64,000 bases of DNA, from sequence record DRR723986_9628; one strand, given 5' to 3'. The translations under genes were made by a program, and so were the position numbers. The notes under the pieces are model-generated. The model saw nothing but the letters and a program-made list of their open reading frames with translations, ran no database searches and had not been told where the DNA came from. Numbering within the stretch: position 1 is the stretch's first letter; every line of letters starts with the position of its first letter. Below are positions 40,491 to 51,218 of this stretch, one piece after another.

Positions 40491-42017
40491 TTAATGCTTA
40501 AAGTGTCTTACTCCTGTCATCACCATTGCGATGCCATTTTCGTCACAATAATCGATGCTCAACTGATCTTTGATAGATCCGCCTGGCTGAACTACCGCTG
40601 TGATTCCAGCTTTGCCAGCGATCTCCACACAATCAGGGAATGGGAAGAAGGCATCAGATGCCATCACTGCGCCATTCAGGTCAAAGCCAAATGCTTTTGC
40701 CTTGTCAATTGCCTGAAGTAAAGCATCAACTCTGGAAGTTTGACCCACACCGCTTGAGAACAATTGATCACTGTTAGAAAGGATAATCGTATTTGATTTG
40801 GTATGCTTACAGATTTTTGCTGCGAATACTAAGGCGTTTTGCTCAGCTTCTGTTGGAGCTTTTTTGGTAGCCACCGTGAAATCAGCTTTTGTTTCAGTTG
40901 CCAAATCCTTGTCCTGCTCGATCACGCCATTAAGAAGCGTTTTGATCATTTTGGTGCCAGGAAGATCCATTTTCTGCTTAAGCAAAATTCTATTTTTCTT
41001 GCCGGTCAATACTTCCAGCGCTTCATCTGTGAAATCTGGAGCAATCAAGACTTCGAAGAATAAGGAATGCATTTCTTCTGCTGCATCCTTATCTACTGTT
41101 TGATTTGTAATCAAAACACCGCCGAAAGCAGAAGTAGTGTCAGCCGCAAAAGCTTTCTGATATGCTTCTTTTACAGTAGTAGCTAAGGCAACTCCGCAGG
41201 CATTGGTATGCTTCAAGATTGCAAAAGCTGTTTCTCCTTTAAATTCTGCAATCAAATTAACTGCTGCATCCACATCTACTAAGTTGTTGTAAGAAAGTTC
41301 TTTTCCGTTCAACTGATCGAAAAGTGCTTCCATATCTCCATAGAAATGGGCATTCTGATGTGGGTTTTCTCCGTAGCGAAGCGCTTTTGCTTTAGTTTCA
41401 GATACTTTCAGCGCTGGAATGTTTTCAGTTTGGTTGAAGTAATTGAAAATATGGGTGTCGTAGTTGGAAGACACCTGGAATGCCTGAGCTGCGAAATAAC
41501 GACGGTCAGCTAGAGTAGTAGCTCCATCTTGTTCCGTTAATCTTCCTTCCAGTTCTGTATATTGATCTTTAGAAGCAATTATCGTAACGTCCTTGAAATT
41601 TTTGGCAGCAGCACGGATCAAGGAAATTCCTCCTATGTCGATTTTCTCAATAATATCTGCTTCAGAAGCTCCGGAAGCTACAGTTTCCTCGAAAGGATAT
41701 AAGTCCACAATCACCAAATCAATAGCTGGAATGTCATATTCTCCCGCTTGAGAAAGGTCTCCTTCATTATCTCTTCTGTAAAGAATACCTCCAAAAATCT
41801 TCGGATGGAGGGTTTTTACTCTTCCACCGAAAATGGAAGGATAGCTAGTCAACTCTTCTACTGGTATAACTTCCGCACCTTGATCCTCGATAAACTTCTG
41901 AGTGCCACCGGTTGAATAAATGGTGACATCATGTTTTTTCAATAGGGCGATGATAGGTTCGAGGTTGTCTTTATAGAAGACAGAAATAAGGGCAGATTTT
42001 ATTTTTTTTGTAGCCAT
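40491..42017 (-). CDS. purH: Bifunctional AICAR transformylase / IMP cyclohydrolase
   Basis: ALISV, GGRVKTLHP, LRYGENPHQ, ASDAFFPF, GVRHFKH. Confidence 0.97.
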   Translation of the reverse strand: MATKKIKSALISVFYKDNLEPIIALLKKHDVTIYSTGGTQKFIEDQGAEVIPVEELTSYPSIFGGRVKTLHPKIFGGILYRRDNEGDLSQAGEYDIPAIDLVIVDLYPFEETVASGASEADIIEKIDIGGISLIRAAAKNFKDVTIIASKDQYTELEGRLTEQDGATTLADRRYFAAQAFQVSSNYDTHIFNYFNQTENIPALKVSETKAKALRYGENPHQNAHFYGDMEALFDQLNGKELSYNNLVDVDAAVNLIAEFKGETAFAILKHTNACGVALATTVKEAYQKAFAADTTSAFGGVLITNQTVDKDAAEEMHSLFFEVLIAPDFTDEALEVLTGKKNRILLKQKMDLPGTKMIKTLLNGVIEQDKDLATETKADFTVATKKAPTEAEQNALVFAAKICKHTKSNTIILSNSDQLFSSGVGQTSRVDALLQAIDKAKAFGFDLNGAVMASDAFFPFPDCVEIAGKAGITAVVQPGGSIKDQLSIDYCDENGIAMVMTGVRHFKH

Positions 42018-42052
42018 TTGGAAATGGGTTGATTTGAAAACTTAGCAAGGTG

Positions 42053-42060
42053 CAAAGGTA
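42053..42060 (-). promoter_or_regulatory. Bacteroidetes -7 promoter element of purH
   Basis: TACCTTTG on the minus strand. Confidence 0.6.
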
Positions 42061-42212
42061 AGAAATTTGCTTGGAAGCGAGATGAAAGAAATTTGATTTA
42101 AGAAGTACGAATTACGAGATCTTTCAAAACCCATAATACTTATATGGCCGTGTTAATCAATTCTAATATTGAATCATGAACGTAGTAAGACGAACCAAGA
42201 AGATTTAAAAAC

Positions 42213-43427
42213 TTATTCCTTTGCTGCCTTATAAATAGCATCTAGCAAACTTCCTTCTTCTTTGGTGTCATTTCCCAATTCCCAGAACATGATGCCTCCC
42301 AAACCTTTCTCCATGGTGTACCTTGTTTTTAGTGCCACAGAAACGGTGTCGTCATAGGATACAAACAGGCTGTCGGAAGCATTATACATATAAGGTGCTT
42401 CAGCTTTTTCATCCCAGTATCTTGTGAAATTGCTGTCCTGTTCGTATTTGGCTCGAATCTGATGATACGCCATCCAGCCAATATGCAAGCCACTGCTCAA
42501 CTGGTATAGGCCATTGTTTACAGGTGGAACTCCCTTCCAAACTCTCCCGTAAAAGGCGCCTCCTATGACGATCTGTTTTGGATCTACACCTTCTTTTATT
42601 AGGAAGTCTACAATCTTTTCAGAGGAACGTGGATCTGAATCAAGATTTTCACCATTCGCATAAAGGCTATCTAAATGGGCTTGGAAGGGGGTGCCTTCTA
42701 TATCAGCATTCTTCACATCGCCAAGTGGGGTATGATGACCTGTGTAAATGGAGACCCCTGAAACTTGATCATATGTCATCACATTGGTATAGTCGGCATA
42801 CTTCATCACCTCGTCCATATCAACATAATCGTAGTACCGTTTCCAGCCTGCTGAGGCAAAGGTCAGGACTTTTGGAGAGTCAAATTCATCCAGCATTTCT
42901 CTTAGGCCCTTCATCAGAGCTGTGAAATTTTCCGTGTCTTCCGGACGAGCCATGGTACCAGCTCCGGAAATCCCTGGATATTCCCAATCCATGTCCATGC
43001 CATCAAGCTTGTATTTGGTAATGAATTCAGAAGCACTTTTGATGAATTTTGCTCTGCTTTCTTCTGTCAATGCCATATCCGAAAAACCATCTGCTCCCCA
43101 GCCCCCACAGGCAATCATTACCTTCAAATCAGGATTACGCTCTTTTTGCTTCACCAAGGCTTCAATCTTTGGACCTGCTACTTCTTCATTTCGGAATTTC
43201 ATTTCTCCGTCAATAACATTTGTAAAGGAGTATATGATATGGGTGAGTTTTTCTACTGGAATTTTCTCTGGCTGGTAATCTCGCTCTGCCACATAATAGG
43301 CCATGATTACTGGTTCTGGGGTGAGTAACTGAGATTCTTTTGGCTCCCCGGAAGGGTTATCAGTTGGAGTAGAGCAACCTAGGATGCCTGTCAAAATAAG
43401 GAAAATGGGAAATACAGCAGTTTTCAA
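42213..43427 (-). CDS. Glycoside hydrolase family 18 (chitinase-like) lipoprotein
   Basis: LTHIIYSF, GGW, DGMDMDWEYP (DxDxE), MTYD, GGIMFWEL; TTG start, lipobox LGC. Confidence 0.92.
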   Translation of the reverse strand: MKTAVFPIFLILTGILGCSTPTDNPSGEPKESQLLTPEPVIMAYYVAERDYQPEKIPVEKLTHIIYSFTNVIDGEMKFRNEEVAGPKIEALVKQKERNPDLKVMIACGGWGADGFSDMALTEESRAKFIKSASEFITKYKLDGMDMDWEYPGISGAGTMARPEDTENFTALMKGLREMLDEFDSPKVLTFASAGWKRYYDYVDMDEVMKYADYTNVMTYDQVSGVSIYTGHHTPLGDVKNADIEGTPFQAHLDSLYANGENLDSDPRSSEKIVDFLIKEGVDPKQIVIGGAFYGRVWKGVPPVNNGLYQLSSGLHIGWMAYHQIRAKYEQDSNFTRYWDEKAEAPYMYNASDSLFVSYDDTVSVALKTRYTMEKGLGGIMFWELGNDTKEEGSLLDAIYKAAKE

Positions 43428-43642
43428 GGAAAGGTGATTTAGTGTACTTATTAAATAATTTACATTAAGTTGAAATTACTTAAATAAAAATATTTTTCAA
43501 CAATTCTACGGAAAAGAATTGCCTTAGGTGTATTTCCGATGCCGGACTTAGTTAGTATCCTGATTTCGGATAGTAACTTCGGAGTGTAAATCTTGGTATT
43601 AGGCTTTTATCCCAAGTTTGAATTAGATTAGGTAAGATGCCT

Positions 43643-45580
43643 TCAAATCTCGACTCTAAAAGTTGTGCTACGTCCCGCTTGACTACTGACGGTAATTTTT
43701 GCGCCAATACTGTCAGCAAAATCTTTGCACAGCATCAATCCAATTCCAGTACCCTGTTCCCCGTTGGTTCCCGTAGAAGAGTACTGTTTCTTGTTAAACA
43801 AGGTGTCGATCTGGGCTTGGCTCATTCCTATGCCACTATCCTTGATTAGGATAGCTGAAGGGCAATCTGGATCAAGCGATGCAGTGATTTCTCCACCAGC
43901 AGGTGTGAATTTGAGAGCATTAGAAATAATGTTTCGAAGGATAAATCGTAACCTATCCCGATCTGTATGCAGGGATACTCCTGAAGGGATATTGTTATGG
44001 AGGGTGAGTTCTTTTTGATCTAATTGCTTGGCGAATAGCTGTTGGTTTTCGGAAATGAGCTCTGCGGGAGAAACTTCGGTTTTTTCTACCTGCTCGGAGC
44101 TCATCTGAGTTCTGGCCCAGGTAAGTAAGTTCGAAAGTAGGATAGAGGCTGATCGCGTATTAGAGGCGATATTGGAAAGTATGTAATTCATCTCATTCAT
44201 ACTGAGCTCGCCCTCTTGCCAGAGATCCAGCGAATTATTAAGCGAGGCAAAGGGGGTACGCAAGTCATGGGAAATGATAGAAAAAAGCTTTTCGCGAAAT
44301 TTGTTCGCTTTTTTGAGCTCTCGGTTGGAGTTCTTGAGTTCCGCTGCCTGTTCCTGAATTTTTTTGTTTTGGTTCTGTACTTTTTGGTTGGTTTCTTCCA
44401 ACTTACGATGCGCTATCCGTAGTTTTTGGTTGATTTTGCGTTGATGCCACGCGAGAGCGAGCAATAGCAGTCCAACTGAAATGAAAATCCAAAGCAGTTC
44501 ATTTTTACGAGTGAGGGAGAGTTCTGCGAGTGCTTGATCCTGAGTCAACTTCTGGTTTTCCAACTCCTTCTTTTCACTCTCATATTGGATTTCCAATTCG
44601 TCGCGAATTTTTTGTCTTGATGCGTTGAATACTGAGTCGTTACTGGCTCTATGAACGAGTAGGTATTGGTAAGCATTTTCAAAATCTTTATTTAAAGCGG
44701 ACAAATTAGCCATTCTACTCGCTGCGATGGCAATATGATAGTAGGAATCAGTGCTTTCTGCCAGTTCGTAAGCCTCCTTTGCATAAGGTAGAGATTTGCT
44801 GATGTCCTGTTCATCCCGATAGTAATCGGAAAGCGTCCCCAGTGATGAAAGCCTACCTTCGGTGTCGTTCAGTTCCTCAGAATATTCCAAGGATTTTTCC
44901 ACCATTTCTATGCCTTTGATCTTTTCACCTGATTCGTAATATAGCTCACCAAGCTGGCTGAGCGTATTGATGATACCTCGATTGTCCTGAAGTTTTTCTT
45001 TTATGTCCAGGGACTTTTGTAAAAAATCTTTGGCCTGATTAAAGTCATTCTCATCCTTAAAAGCCAACCAGCGATCTCTATAAAAACTTCCCAGATTGTT
45101 ATAGAGCAAACTCATGGCTCGTTCATGGTTGATTTGCTGTGCCAGCGCCAGTGCTTCATGGTATTGAGCTACTGCTTTTTCCGGTTCACCGAGTCTGTAA
45201 TAGATATTGCCTAGGTTCATCGTGGATTCTATCATTCCGACCGTATCCTGCAGAGTTTCGCGGATCCCTAAAGCTTCAAAATGTGTACTTAGTGCTTTTT
45301 CATATTCAGCTTTGATCAGAAAGGAAACCCCAATAATATTGAGGGCATTTGCCTCCAACTTTTTGAAATTCTTAGCATTTGAAATCTCCTTGGCGGAGGT
45401 AGCAAATAGAATAGCTGAATCTTGGTCGTAGGGATAATAGATTCTACTCAGATTGTAAAATCCGGACGCTTTGATAGAATCATTGTCTGTCTGCTTTACA
45501 ACCGACTTAAGACTATCGGTCTGTGATTGTTGCATAGATGGGATCAATAGAACCATCCAAACCAGTAAGTGAGTAAGCAT
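43643..45580 (-). CDS. TPR-containing sensor histidine kinase
   Basis: Periplasmic TPR repeats, one TM helix, SHDLRTP, NIISNALKF, GTGIGL. Confidence 0.9.
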   Translation of the reverse strand: MLTHLLVWMVLLIPSMQQSQTDSLKSVVKQTDNDSIKASGFYNLSRIYYPYDQDSAILFATSAKEISNAKNFKKLEANALNIIGVSFLIKAEYEKALSTHFEALGIRETLQDTVGMIESTMNLGNIYYRLGEPEKAVAQYHEALALAQQINHERAMSLLYNNLGSFYRDRWLAFKDENDFNQAKDFLQKSLDIKEKLQDNRGIINTLSQLGELYYESGEKIKGIEMVEKSLEYSEELNDTEGRLSSLGTLSDYYRDEQDISKSLPYAKEAYELAESTDSYYHIAIAASRMANLSALNKDFENAYQYLLVHRASNDSVFNASRQKIRDELEIQYESEKKELENQKLTQDQALAELSLTRKNELLWIFISVGLLLLALAWHQRKINQKLRIAHRKLEETNQKVQNQNKKIQEQAAELKNSNRELKKANKFREKLFSIISHDLRTPFASLNNSLDLWQEGELSMNEMNYILSNIASNTRSASILLSNLLTWARTQMSSEQVEKTEVSPAELISENQQLFAKQLDQKELTLHNNIPSGVSLHTDRDRLRFILRNIISNALKFTPAGGEITASLDPDCPSAILIKDSGIGMSQAQIDTLFNKKQYSSTGTNGEQGTGIGLMLCKDFADSIGAKITVSSQAGRSTTFRVEI

Positions 45581-45791
45581 ATAGGCGATTGACGTGGGCT
45601 TTTATCCTTAGGTGATAAAAAGGAGTATTAGGTAAAGATGCATCTGAATGCCTGAAAATCAAACTGGTGATTTTAACTATTGCAAAATTTTCCTACCCAG
45701 AGCTATTAATTTTTACTTGTCAATGGGAATTCCTTTTACTGCGTTGTTACTAAGATTGCTACAGCAGTTATTCTTTTTTATTTGCATTTAT

Positions 45792-45894
45792 CGTTCGCTT
45801 CCGAACAAAATGGTATTGCTTCGGACAGAAGATTGTGCAGAAACATTGTTGATTGGCATATGAGGTAGGTTTTCTCATTGGCACAATCTCTGAA
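45792..45894 (+). promoter_or_regulatory. Putative sigma54 promoter A with tandem enhancer boxes
   Basis: CGTTCG-N4-CGAACA (45792), GGTATT-N4-CGGACA (45812), TGGCAC-N5-CTGA (45879). Confidence 0.7.
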
Positions 45895-45929
45895 AAGTAG
45901 AAGTCACACACGAATTAAAATATATCGCT

Positions 45930-46619
45930 ATGACTTTCTCTAAAATTTCCGCACTTGTTCTTTTGTTATTTTTAATGGGCACCACTGCTCAGGCACAGAC
46001 TGAAATTCGTACTCCAGGGAAATTTACGGGTGTAAGTTCCGAAGGTTCATGGGATGTAATCATAACTATTGGTGATATAGATCAAGTCAAGCTAGTTTCA
46101 AAAGGGTTTGATTTGAGCGAGGTAATTACTGAAGTAGAAGACGGGAAACTTGAGATTGAGCTCAAAGACGATGATGATGACAATAGAGACTTTACAGTTT
46201 ATGTTACCATCAAGAAACTAGAAAGTTTGGGATTGGCTGGCTCAGGAAATATCATGGTTCGATCTGATGTGTATTCTAAAGAATTCGGAATAGGCCAAGC
46301 AGGTTCTGGAACGATATCATTGGAATTTCTTGAAACTGACGATTTAAATATAGGTATGAGTGGGTCAGGTACTGTTTCCATTGCAAGTGGAAAAGCCGGT
46401 GATGTGAATATAGGCCAGGTAGGTTCTGGGGATTTCAAAGGTATTGACCTGATGGCCGGTGATGTGAAAATAGGCAAAACAGGTTCTGGAGATGTACATA
46501 TAGGTGTAGATGGAGATCTTACTGTAGGTTCTATCGGTTCAGGAAATGTGTATTACCGCGGAAATCCCACGGATATTAGCAAGGGTAACTTAGGCTCTAC
46601 AAAGGTGATTAAGAAGTAA
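45930..46619 (+). CDS. Head GIN domain (DUF2807) protein
   Basis: Signal peptide; repeated GSG-D/N/T-I beta-helix units; GSGNVYYRGNP. Confidence 0.88.
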   Translation: MTFSKISALVLLLFLMGTTAQAQTEIRTPGKFTGVSSEGSWDVIITIGDIDQVKLVSKGFDLSEVITEVEDGKLEIELKDDDDDNRDFTVYVTIKKLESLGLAGSGNIMVRSDVYSKEFGIGQAGSGTISLEFLETDDLNIGMSGSGTVSIASGKAGDVNIGQVGSGDFKGIDLMAGDVKIGKTGSGDVHIGVDGDLTVGSIGSGNVYYRGNPTDISKGNLGSTKVIKK

Positions 46620-46645
46620 GCAGAAAAAAGTCGCAAGTAAAGAGG

Positions 46646-46761
46646 ATCAAGTATCTAGAAATAAGAGTCTAGAGCCAAGAATCAAGAGTAGATACGGAAG
46701 ACTTTTCAAATTAACTACTGGTCCTGATACGGATCTTACAATTTTCCAATCACGTACAATC
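46646..46761 (+). repeat. Heptamer array then short octamer array
   Basis: ATCAAGT ATCTAGA AATAAGA GTCTAGA GCCAAGA ATCAAGA (46646-46687); TCTTACAA TTTTCCAA before the ATG. Confidence 0.8.
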
Positions 46762-49188
46762 ATGCTAAAAAACTACTTTAAAATACTCCTCAGAAACACT
46801 CGAAAAAACCCACTTTACATGTTTATCAATGTGTTCGGTTTGGCTGTAGGAATGGCTGTGAGTATTTTGATTTTTTTGTTTGTTCAGCATGAATTGAGTT
46901 ATGATAGATACCATGCAAATGCTGATCGGATCTTTAGAGTTTCGAGAGCTTGGTTCAATCCAGATGGAGAATTTAGTTTGCATCTTGGACATGCAGCTCC
47001 GCCATTTGGTCCTTTGATCCAAGCTGACTATGGTGATGAAGTAGCGGCAGTGGGTAGATTTTTTCACTATGATCCTCTGGTAAAATATGAAGACAAGGCC
47101 TTCGAAGAGGATAATTTCTTTTTCGCAGATCCTGAAGTGTTTGATATTTTTTCTTTTAACATCTTAGAAGGAGATGCTAAGGAGGCGCTTACCAATTCAG
47201 ATGGCCTAGTGATCACGGAGTCTATGTCCAAAAAGTACTTTGGAGAAGAAAATCCTATTGGTAAAAATCTGATACTAAATTTGGAAGGGCAGGAAGCTGT
47301 TTTTCAAATAAGAGCCTTGATGCAGGACATGCCCGATAACTCACACTTTCATACTGATTTCATAGCATCTATGGCTCCCGTGGAGGCTTTCTATGGAGGT
47401 CAGGATGCTTTCATGAGTAACTTCGGCAGTAATAATTTCTCTACTTATTTACTTTTATATGAAGGTGTCAATCACAAATCCTTAGAAGCTAAACTCCCAA
47501 ACTTGGTAGATAAATACATGGGGGAGTCCCAATCTGGAGTACCGATGTCTAAAGGAACAAAGCTATTCCTGTGGCCTCTGAAGGATGTTCACCTGTATTC
47601 TAATCTCGACTCGGAGATGGAGCCAAATGGCAACATTGATTATGTCTATATTTATCTAGCAGTTGCACTTTTTATACTCCTTATTGCTTGTATTAATTTT
47701 ATGAATCTGTCCACAGCCCGATCTTCTATGAGATCCATGGAAGTGGGGTTGCGTAAAGTAATGGGGGCAGACAAGAGCCGTTTGATCAGACAATTCATGG
47801 GTGAGTCCTTTATGCTTACCATCATTTCAATGGTTTTTGCCTTGATTTTGGTGTACTTGTTTTTACCTACCTTTTCCAATTTTACAGATAAAGACCTCAA
47901 TTTAAACTTCTTACAAAACCCGGAGTATATTTTGGGAATAGTCGGTTTGGTTATTTTGGTAGGAGTGATTTCCGGAAGCTATCCAGCCTTGTTTCTTTCA
48001 GGTTTTTCCCCTGCCAAAGTGCTTAAGGGAGCTTTCAAAGCTGGAAAAGGTCATGAGCAATTCCGCTCAGTGTTGGTGGTTGGGCAATTTGCTATTTCCG
48101 TAGTGCTTATCGTAGCAGTACTGGTAGTTGTGCGCCAGCTGGATTTCATGCAAAGCAAGGATCTGGGTTTTGAAAAAGAGGATATAGTGGTACTTCCTTC
48201 AAGTCCTGCAATTCAGCAGAATTATCTTATTTTGAAAGATAGACTAGAGCGTCATGAGGGGATAAAATCGGTGAGTATATCCAGTAGAGTCCCTTCTGGA
48301 AGGCTTTTGGATAACCAAGGCAGCACTGCGGAGATAAATGGAGAAATGACTCAGCTCAATGTCCGGATAGCAGATATACATGTAGCACATAATTTCTTGG
48401 ATACCTATGGTATTCCAATAGTAGCTGGGCGGGACTTTAATTTCAATCTGGCGAGTGATTCCACGGAAGCTTTTGTACTCAATGAGGCTGCAATCAGAGA
48501 AATTGGGTGGTCAAGTCCAGAAGAAGCCATAGGTAAGAAATTCTTGTATGGTGACAGACGTGGATTTGTGACTGGCGTTATGAAAAATTTTCATTTCGAA
48601 TCTTTACATCAGCCGATTGTACCTATAGTATTTATGATTTCCCAGGATAGAAATAATCAGGTAAGCTTGAAAATAGCTGCTGAGAATCAGGAGCAAACTA
48701 TGGCTTACATCAAAGAAGAATGGGCTGCCTTGAGACCTGACTTCCCCTTCGAGCCACTTTATGTAGACGAGGGATTCAACCGGCAATATGAAGCTGAAGA
48801 GCGGGTGAAAACCATTTTCACCTTCTTCTCAGGCTTAGCGGTTTTAATCTCAATTTTAGGTTTGTTAGGACTTACAACTTTTGCTACACAGCAAAGAACA
48901 CGGGAGATAGGTATAAGGAAAGTAATGGGAGCTGAGACCGGGAATATTCTGGTTTTACTTGGCAAAGACTTCCTAAAACTTGTAATGATAGGTTTTCTTA
49001 TTGCTATTCCCATTTCCTGGTTCGGAATGTCCAGTTGGCTTGAAGACTTTGCTTACGCAATAGGAATTAGCTGGACGGTGTTTTTCTGGGCGGGGTTGAT
49101 TGCAGGAGCGATAGCTGCCATTACTGTAATGTCGCAATCATTAAAAGCTGCTTGGGCTGATCCAGTGAAAAGTATAAAAAGTGAGTGA
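46762..49188 (+). CDS. Tandem MacB/FtsX-type ABC transporter permease
   Basis: MLKNYFK start; two MacB-PCD/FtsX halves; ACINFMNLSTA, EIGIRKVMGA; ends PVKSIKSE. Confidence 0.92.
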   Translation: MLKNYFKILLRNTRKNPLYMFINVFGLAVGMAVSILIFLFVQHELSYDRYHANADRIFRVSRAWFNPDGEFSLHLGHAAPPFGPLIQADYGDEVAAVGRFFHYDPLVKYEDKAFEEDNFFFADPEVFDIFSFNILEGDAKEALTNSDGLVITESMSKKYFGEENPIGKNLILNLEGQEAVFQIRALMQDMPDNSHFHTDFIASMAPVEAFYGGQDAFMSNFGSNNFSTYLLLYEGVNHKSLEAKLPNLVDKYMGESQSGVPMSKGTKLFLWPLKDVHLYSNLDSEMEPNGNIDYVYIYLAVALFILLIACINFMNLSTARSSMRSMEVGLRKVMGADKSRLIRQFMGESFMLTIISMVFALILVYLFLPTFSNFTDKDLNLNFLQNPEYILGIVGLVILVGVISGSYPALFLSGFSPAKVLKGAFKAGKGHEQFRSVLVVGQFAISVVLIVAVLVVVRQLDFMQSKDLGFEKEDIVVLPSSPAIQQNYLILKDRLERHEGIKSVSISSRVPSGRLLDNQGSTAEINGEMTQLNVRIADIHVAHNFLDTYGIPIVAGRDFNFNLASDSTEAFVLNEAAIREIGWSSPEEAIGKKFLYGDRRGFVTGVMKNFHFESLHQPIVPIVFMISQDRNNQVSLKIAAENQEQTMAYIKEEWAALRPDFPFEPLYVDEGFNRQYEAEERVKTIFTFFSGLAVLISILGLLGLTTFATQQRTREIGIRKVMGAETGNILVLLGKDFLKLVMIGFLIAIPISWFGMSSWLEDFAYAIGISWTVFFWAGLIAGAIAAITVMSQSLKAAWADPVKSIKSE

Positions 49189-49193
49189 TGAGT

Positions 49194-49256
49194 ACTTAGC
49201 ACTAAGTACAAAGTATCAAGTATCTAGAGTCAAGAGCCAAGAATTAAGATTCAAGA
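49194..49256 (+). repeat. Heptamer array (9 units)
   Basis: ACTTAGC ACTAAGT ACAAAGT ATCAAGT ATCTAGA GTCAAGA GCCAAGA ATTAAGA TTCAAGA. Confidence 0.85.
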
Positions 49257-49292
49257 TTTTATGATTAAGAGAAATGAATAAGATCTGCCCAT

Positions 49293-49319
49293 GCAACCTT
49301 TTCTGAAGCTAGAGCATCT
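49293..49319 (+). promoter_or_regulatory. Putative ECF-sigma promoter
   Basis: GCAACC-N16-CATCT upstream of the second GIN gene. Confidence 0.5.
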
Positions 49320-49416
49320 TATAGATGTGAAAAGGAATTTAAAACTTTACCACTTATCACTTTTCAACTACAAATTTTCCAATGTTTCAATTTTCCAATC
49401 TTACAATACATTTATC

Positions 49417-50112
49417 ATGAAACTTTACACAAAAATCTTCGCATTTGCTTTGACAGCTTTGGTGATGGTGTCCTGCGTACAGGCACAATCTACAGAAACT
49501 AGAACTCCCGGACATTTCACTAAAGTACATTCTGGCGGTAGCTGGGAGGTAATCCTAACTGAAGGGGATACTGAAGAAGTAAGAATCGAAGCGAAAGGTG
49601 TTGACCTAAGCAAAGTGAAAACTGAGATAGACGGCGATGTGCTCAGCGTAGGCTTGGTGAAAGGAAGTTATAACAACGTCAAATTGAAATTCTTCATTAC
49701 CTATAAAGAACTTGAAGGAATTAAATGCTCTGGATCAGGAAATATAGAAGTGAATTCGCCTGTGATGACGGATTCATTTTACGCAGCACTTTCAGGTTCA
49801 GGAGATATTACGATGAAAAGTCTGGAAGCCAAGAAATTGTCAGTTGGCATTTCTGGTTCTGCTGATCTTCAAATCACAAATGGCTCTGCAGATCAAGCTG
49901 AAATTAAGCAATCTGGTTCGGGCGATTTTGATGCAGAGAAGTTTGCCATTGGTGAATTAGTAGTTGGCAAGTCTGGCTCAGGAGACACCAATGTAGGTGA
50001 CTTAGGTAAATTATCAGTGAGCTCTTCAGGTTCAGGAGATGTGACTTATACAGGTTCCCCACAGTTGGGCAACATTAGAACCTCAGGTTCAAGTAGTATA
50101 ACGAAAAGATAA
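49417..50112 (+). CDS. Head GIN domain (DUF2807) protein, paralog of 45930..46619
   Basis: ATG 49417 (MKLYTKIF signal); shared ExRTPGxFT start; SGSGD repeats. Confidence 0.88.
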   Translation: MKLYTKIFAFALTALVMVSCVQAQSTETRTPGHFTKVHSGGSWEVILTEGDTEEVRIEAKGVDLSKVKTEIDGDVLSVGLVKGSYNNVKLKFFITYKELEGIKCSGSGNIEVNSPVMTDSFYAALSGSGDITMKSLEAKKLSVGISGSADLQITNGSADQAEIKQSGSGDFDAEKFAIGELVVGKSGSGDTNVGDLGKLSVSSSGSGDVTYTGSPQLGNIRTSGSSSITKR

Positions 50113-50132
50113 TAAGGCCTTGCTCTTATTTC

Positions 50133-50166
50133 AATCCCTCAGGCGAAAGTTTGAGGGATTTTTTTT
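50133..50166 (+). terminator. Intrinsic terminator
   Basis: AATCCCTCAGGC-GAAA-GTTTGAGGGATT followed by a T-run. Confidence 0.85.
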
Positions 50167-50231
50167 GCTGTAGATTTTTACTGCAGGGTACGCAGAATTT
50201 TTCGCAGAGGACTCTATCTTTTCCAACTTTA

Positions 50232-51218
50232 TTACATCAAAAACCCATTTTCTGTTTGATATGGAGCTGGGATATTTTCCTCTTCCAGCATCTCGAGCAA
50301 ATCTATTTCTATAGCTCGGCAAATGGATGAAATAGGCACATCGTTGTACCCTCCTTCGAATGGATTCTCAGAGTAATCTCCAATTCTATCCACCACGAAG
50401 AATGTCCAAATAATAATTGCAGAAAAAGGGATGGTCAGCCAATAATGTAACGCAGTGCTTTGAGCAAAAATATCCAGTAAACCAAAGGGAATCAATGCGC
50501 AAAAAATATAGGTGATCCATAGACCGGTGGAAGCATATTGTCTGGGGAAAGGAAAGTTTTTGATCCGCTCCGACATGCCCTGGTGGGTGTAGAAATTTGC
50601 TAGTATCTGATGGATCCAAACTTGTTTATAATCAGAGATAAATCCTCCTTCTTTTAACTTGGCTATTTCCGTGCTTTGGATTTTCAGTAACTGAGAGGGG
50701 ATGTTTGACTTGTCCCTGACGGTTTGTAGCTCTTCTTCACAGACGTATTTTTCTATTTCCGCAAAAATTCCGTCGTAGTATTCTTTAATAAATCCTGGGA
50801 TGAAAACCAGTTTTTCTACTGGTAAATTATGCTCCCAAGTTTTTTCCTTTCGCATCACATGCTTCAGGGCAAGAAGCCAAGCTAGGTGTCTGTATATAAT
50901 TTTCTTTTTTTCCTCCTTGGGCAAATCAGGATTTGGTAGACTGAGAATAGCCGTGGCAAAAGTTCTACTTTCATTTACAATGGCTCCCCAGATTTTTCTT
51001 GCTTCCCAAGTTCGGTCGTAGGAACTGTTGTTTTTAAAACCTAAGAAAAAGGCAACAGCAATACCGATTACAGAGATAGGTTGCCAAGGAAGTGAAAAAG
51101 GGATGTTGGTGATTTCATACAGGACGATGATGACAGTCGAGTAGAGCAGACCATAAATTAGGGAAAGTTTGGACCAGCGAATGGTCATCCAAAAACTGTA
51201 ATACCGTTTTACGTACAT
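50232..51218 (-). CDS. Bestrophin-family anion channel
   Basis: FFLGFKNNSSYDRTWEARKIWGAIVN, ERIKNFPFP, ENPF. Confidence 0.9.
   Translation of the reverse strand: MYVKRYYSFWMTIRWSKLSLIYGLLYSTVIIVLYEITNIPFSLPWQPISVIGIAVAFFLGFKNNSSYDRTWEARKIWGAIVNESRTFATAILSLPNPDLPKEEKKKIIYRHLAWLLALKHVMRKEKTWEHNLPVEKLVFIPGFIKEYYDGIFAEIEKYVCEEELQTVRDKSNIPSQLLKIQSTEIAKLKEGGFISDYKQVWIHQILANFYTHQGMSERIKNFPFPRQYASTGLWITYIFCALIPFGLLDIFAQSTALHYWLTIPFSAIIIWTFFVVDRIGDYSENPFEGGYNDVPISSICRAIEIDLLEMLEEENIPAPYQTENGFLM

Noticed and set aside
49291-49416. 42-aa N-terminal extension of the second GIN protein
   Set aside because: Overlaps a promoter-like motif and an octamer array; the signal peptide begins at 49417
50170-50215. 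Short CGCAGA-type repeat after the terminator
   Set aside because: Only two or three degenerate units; too weak to call
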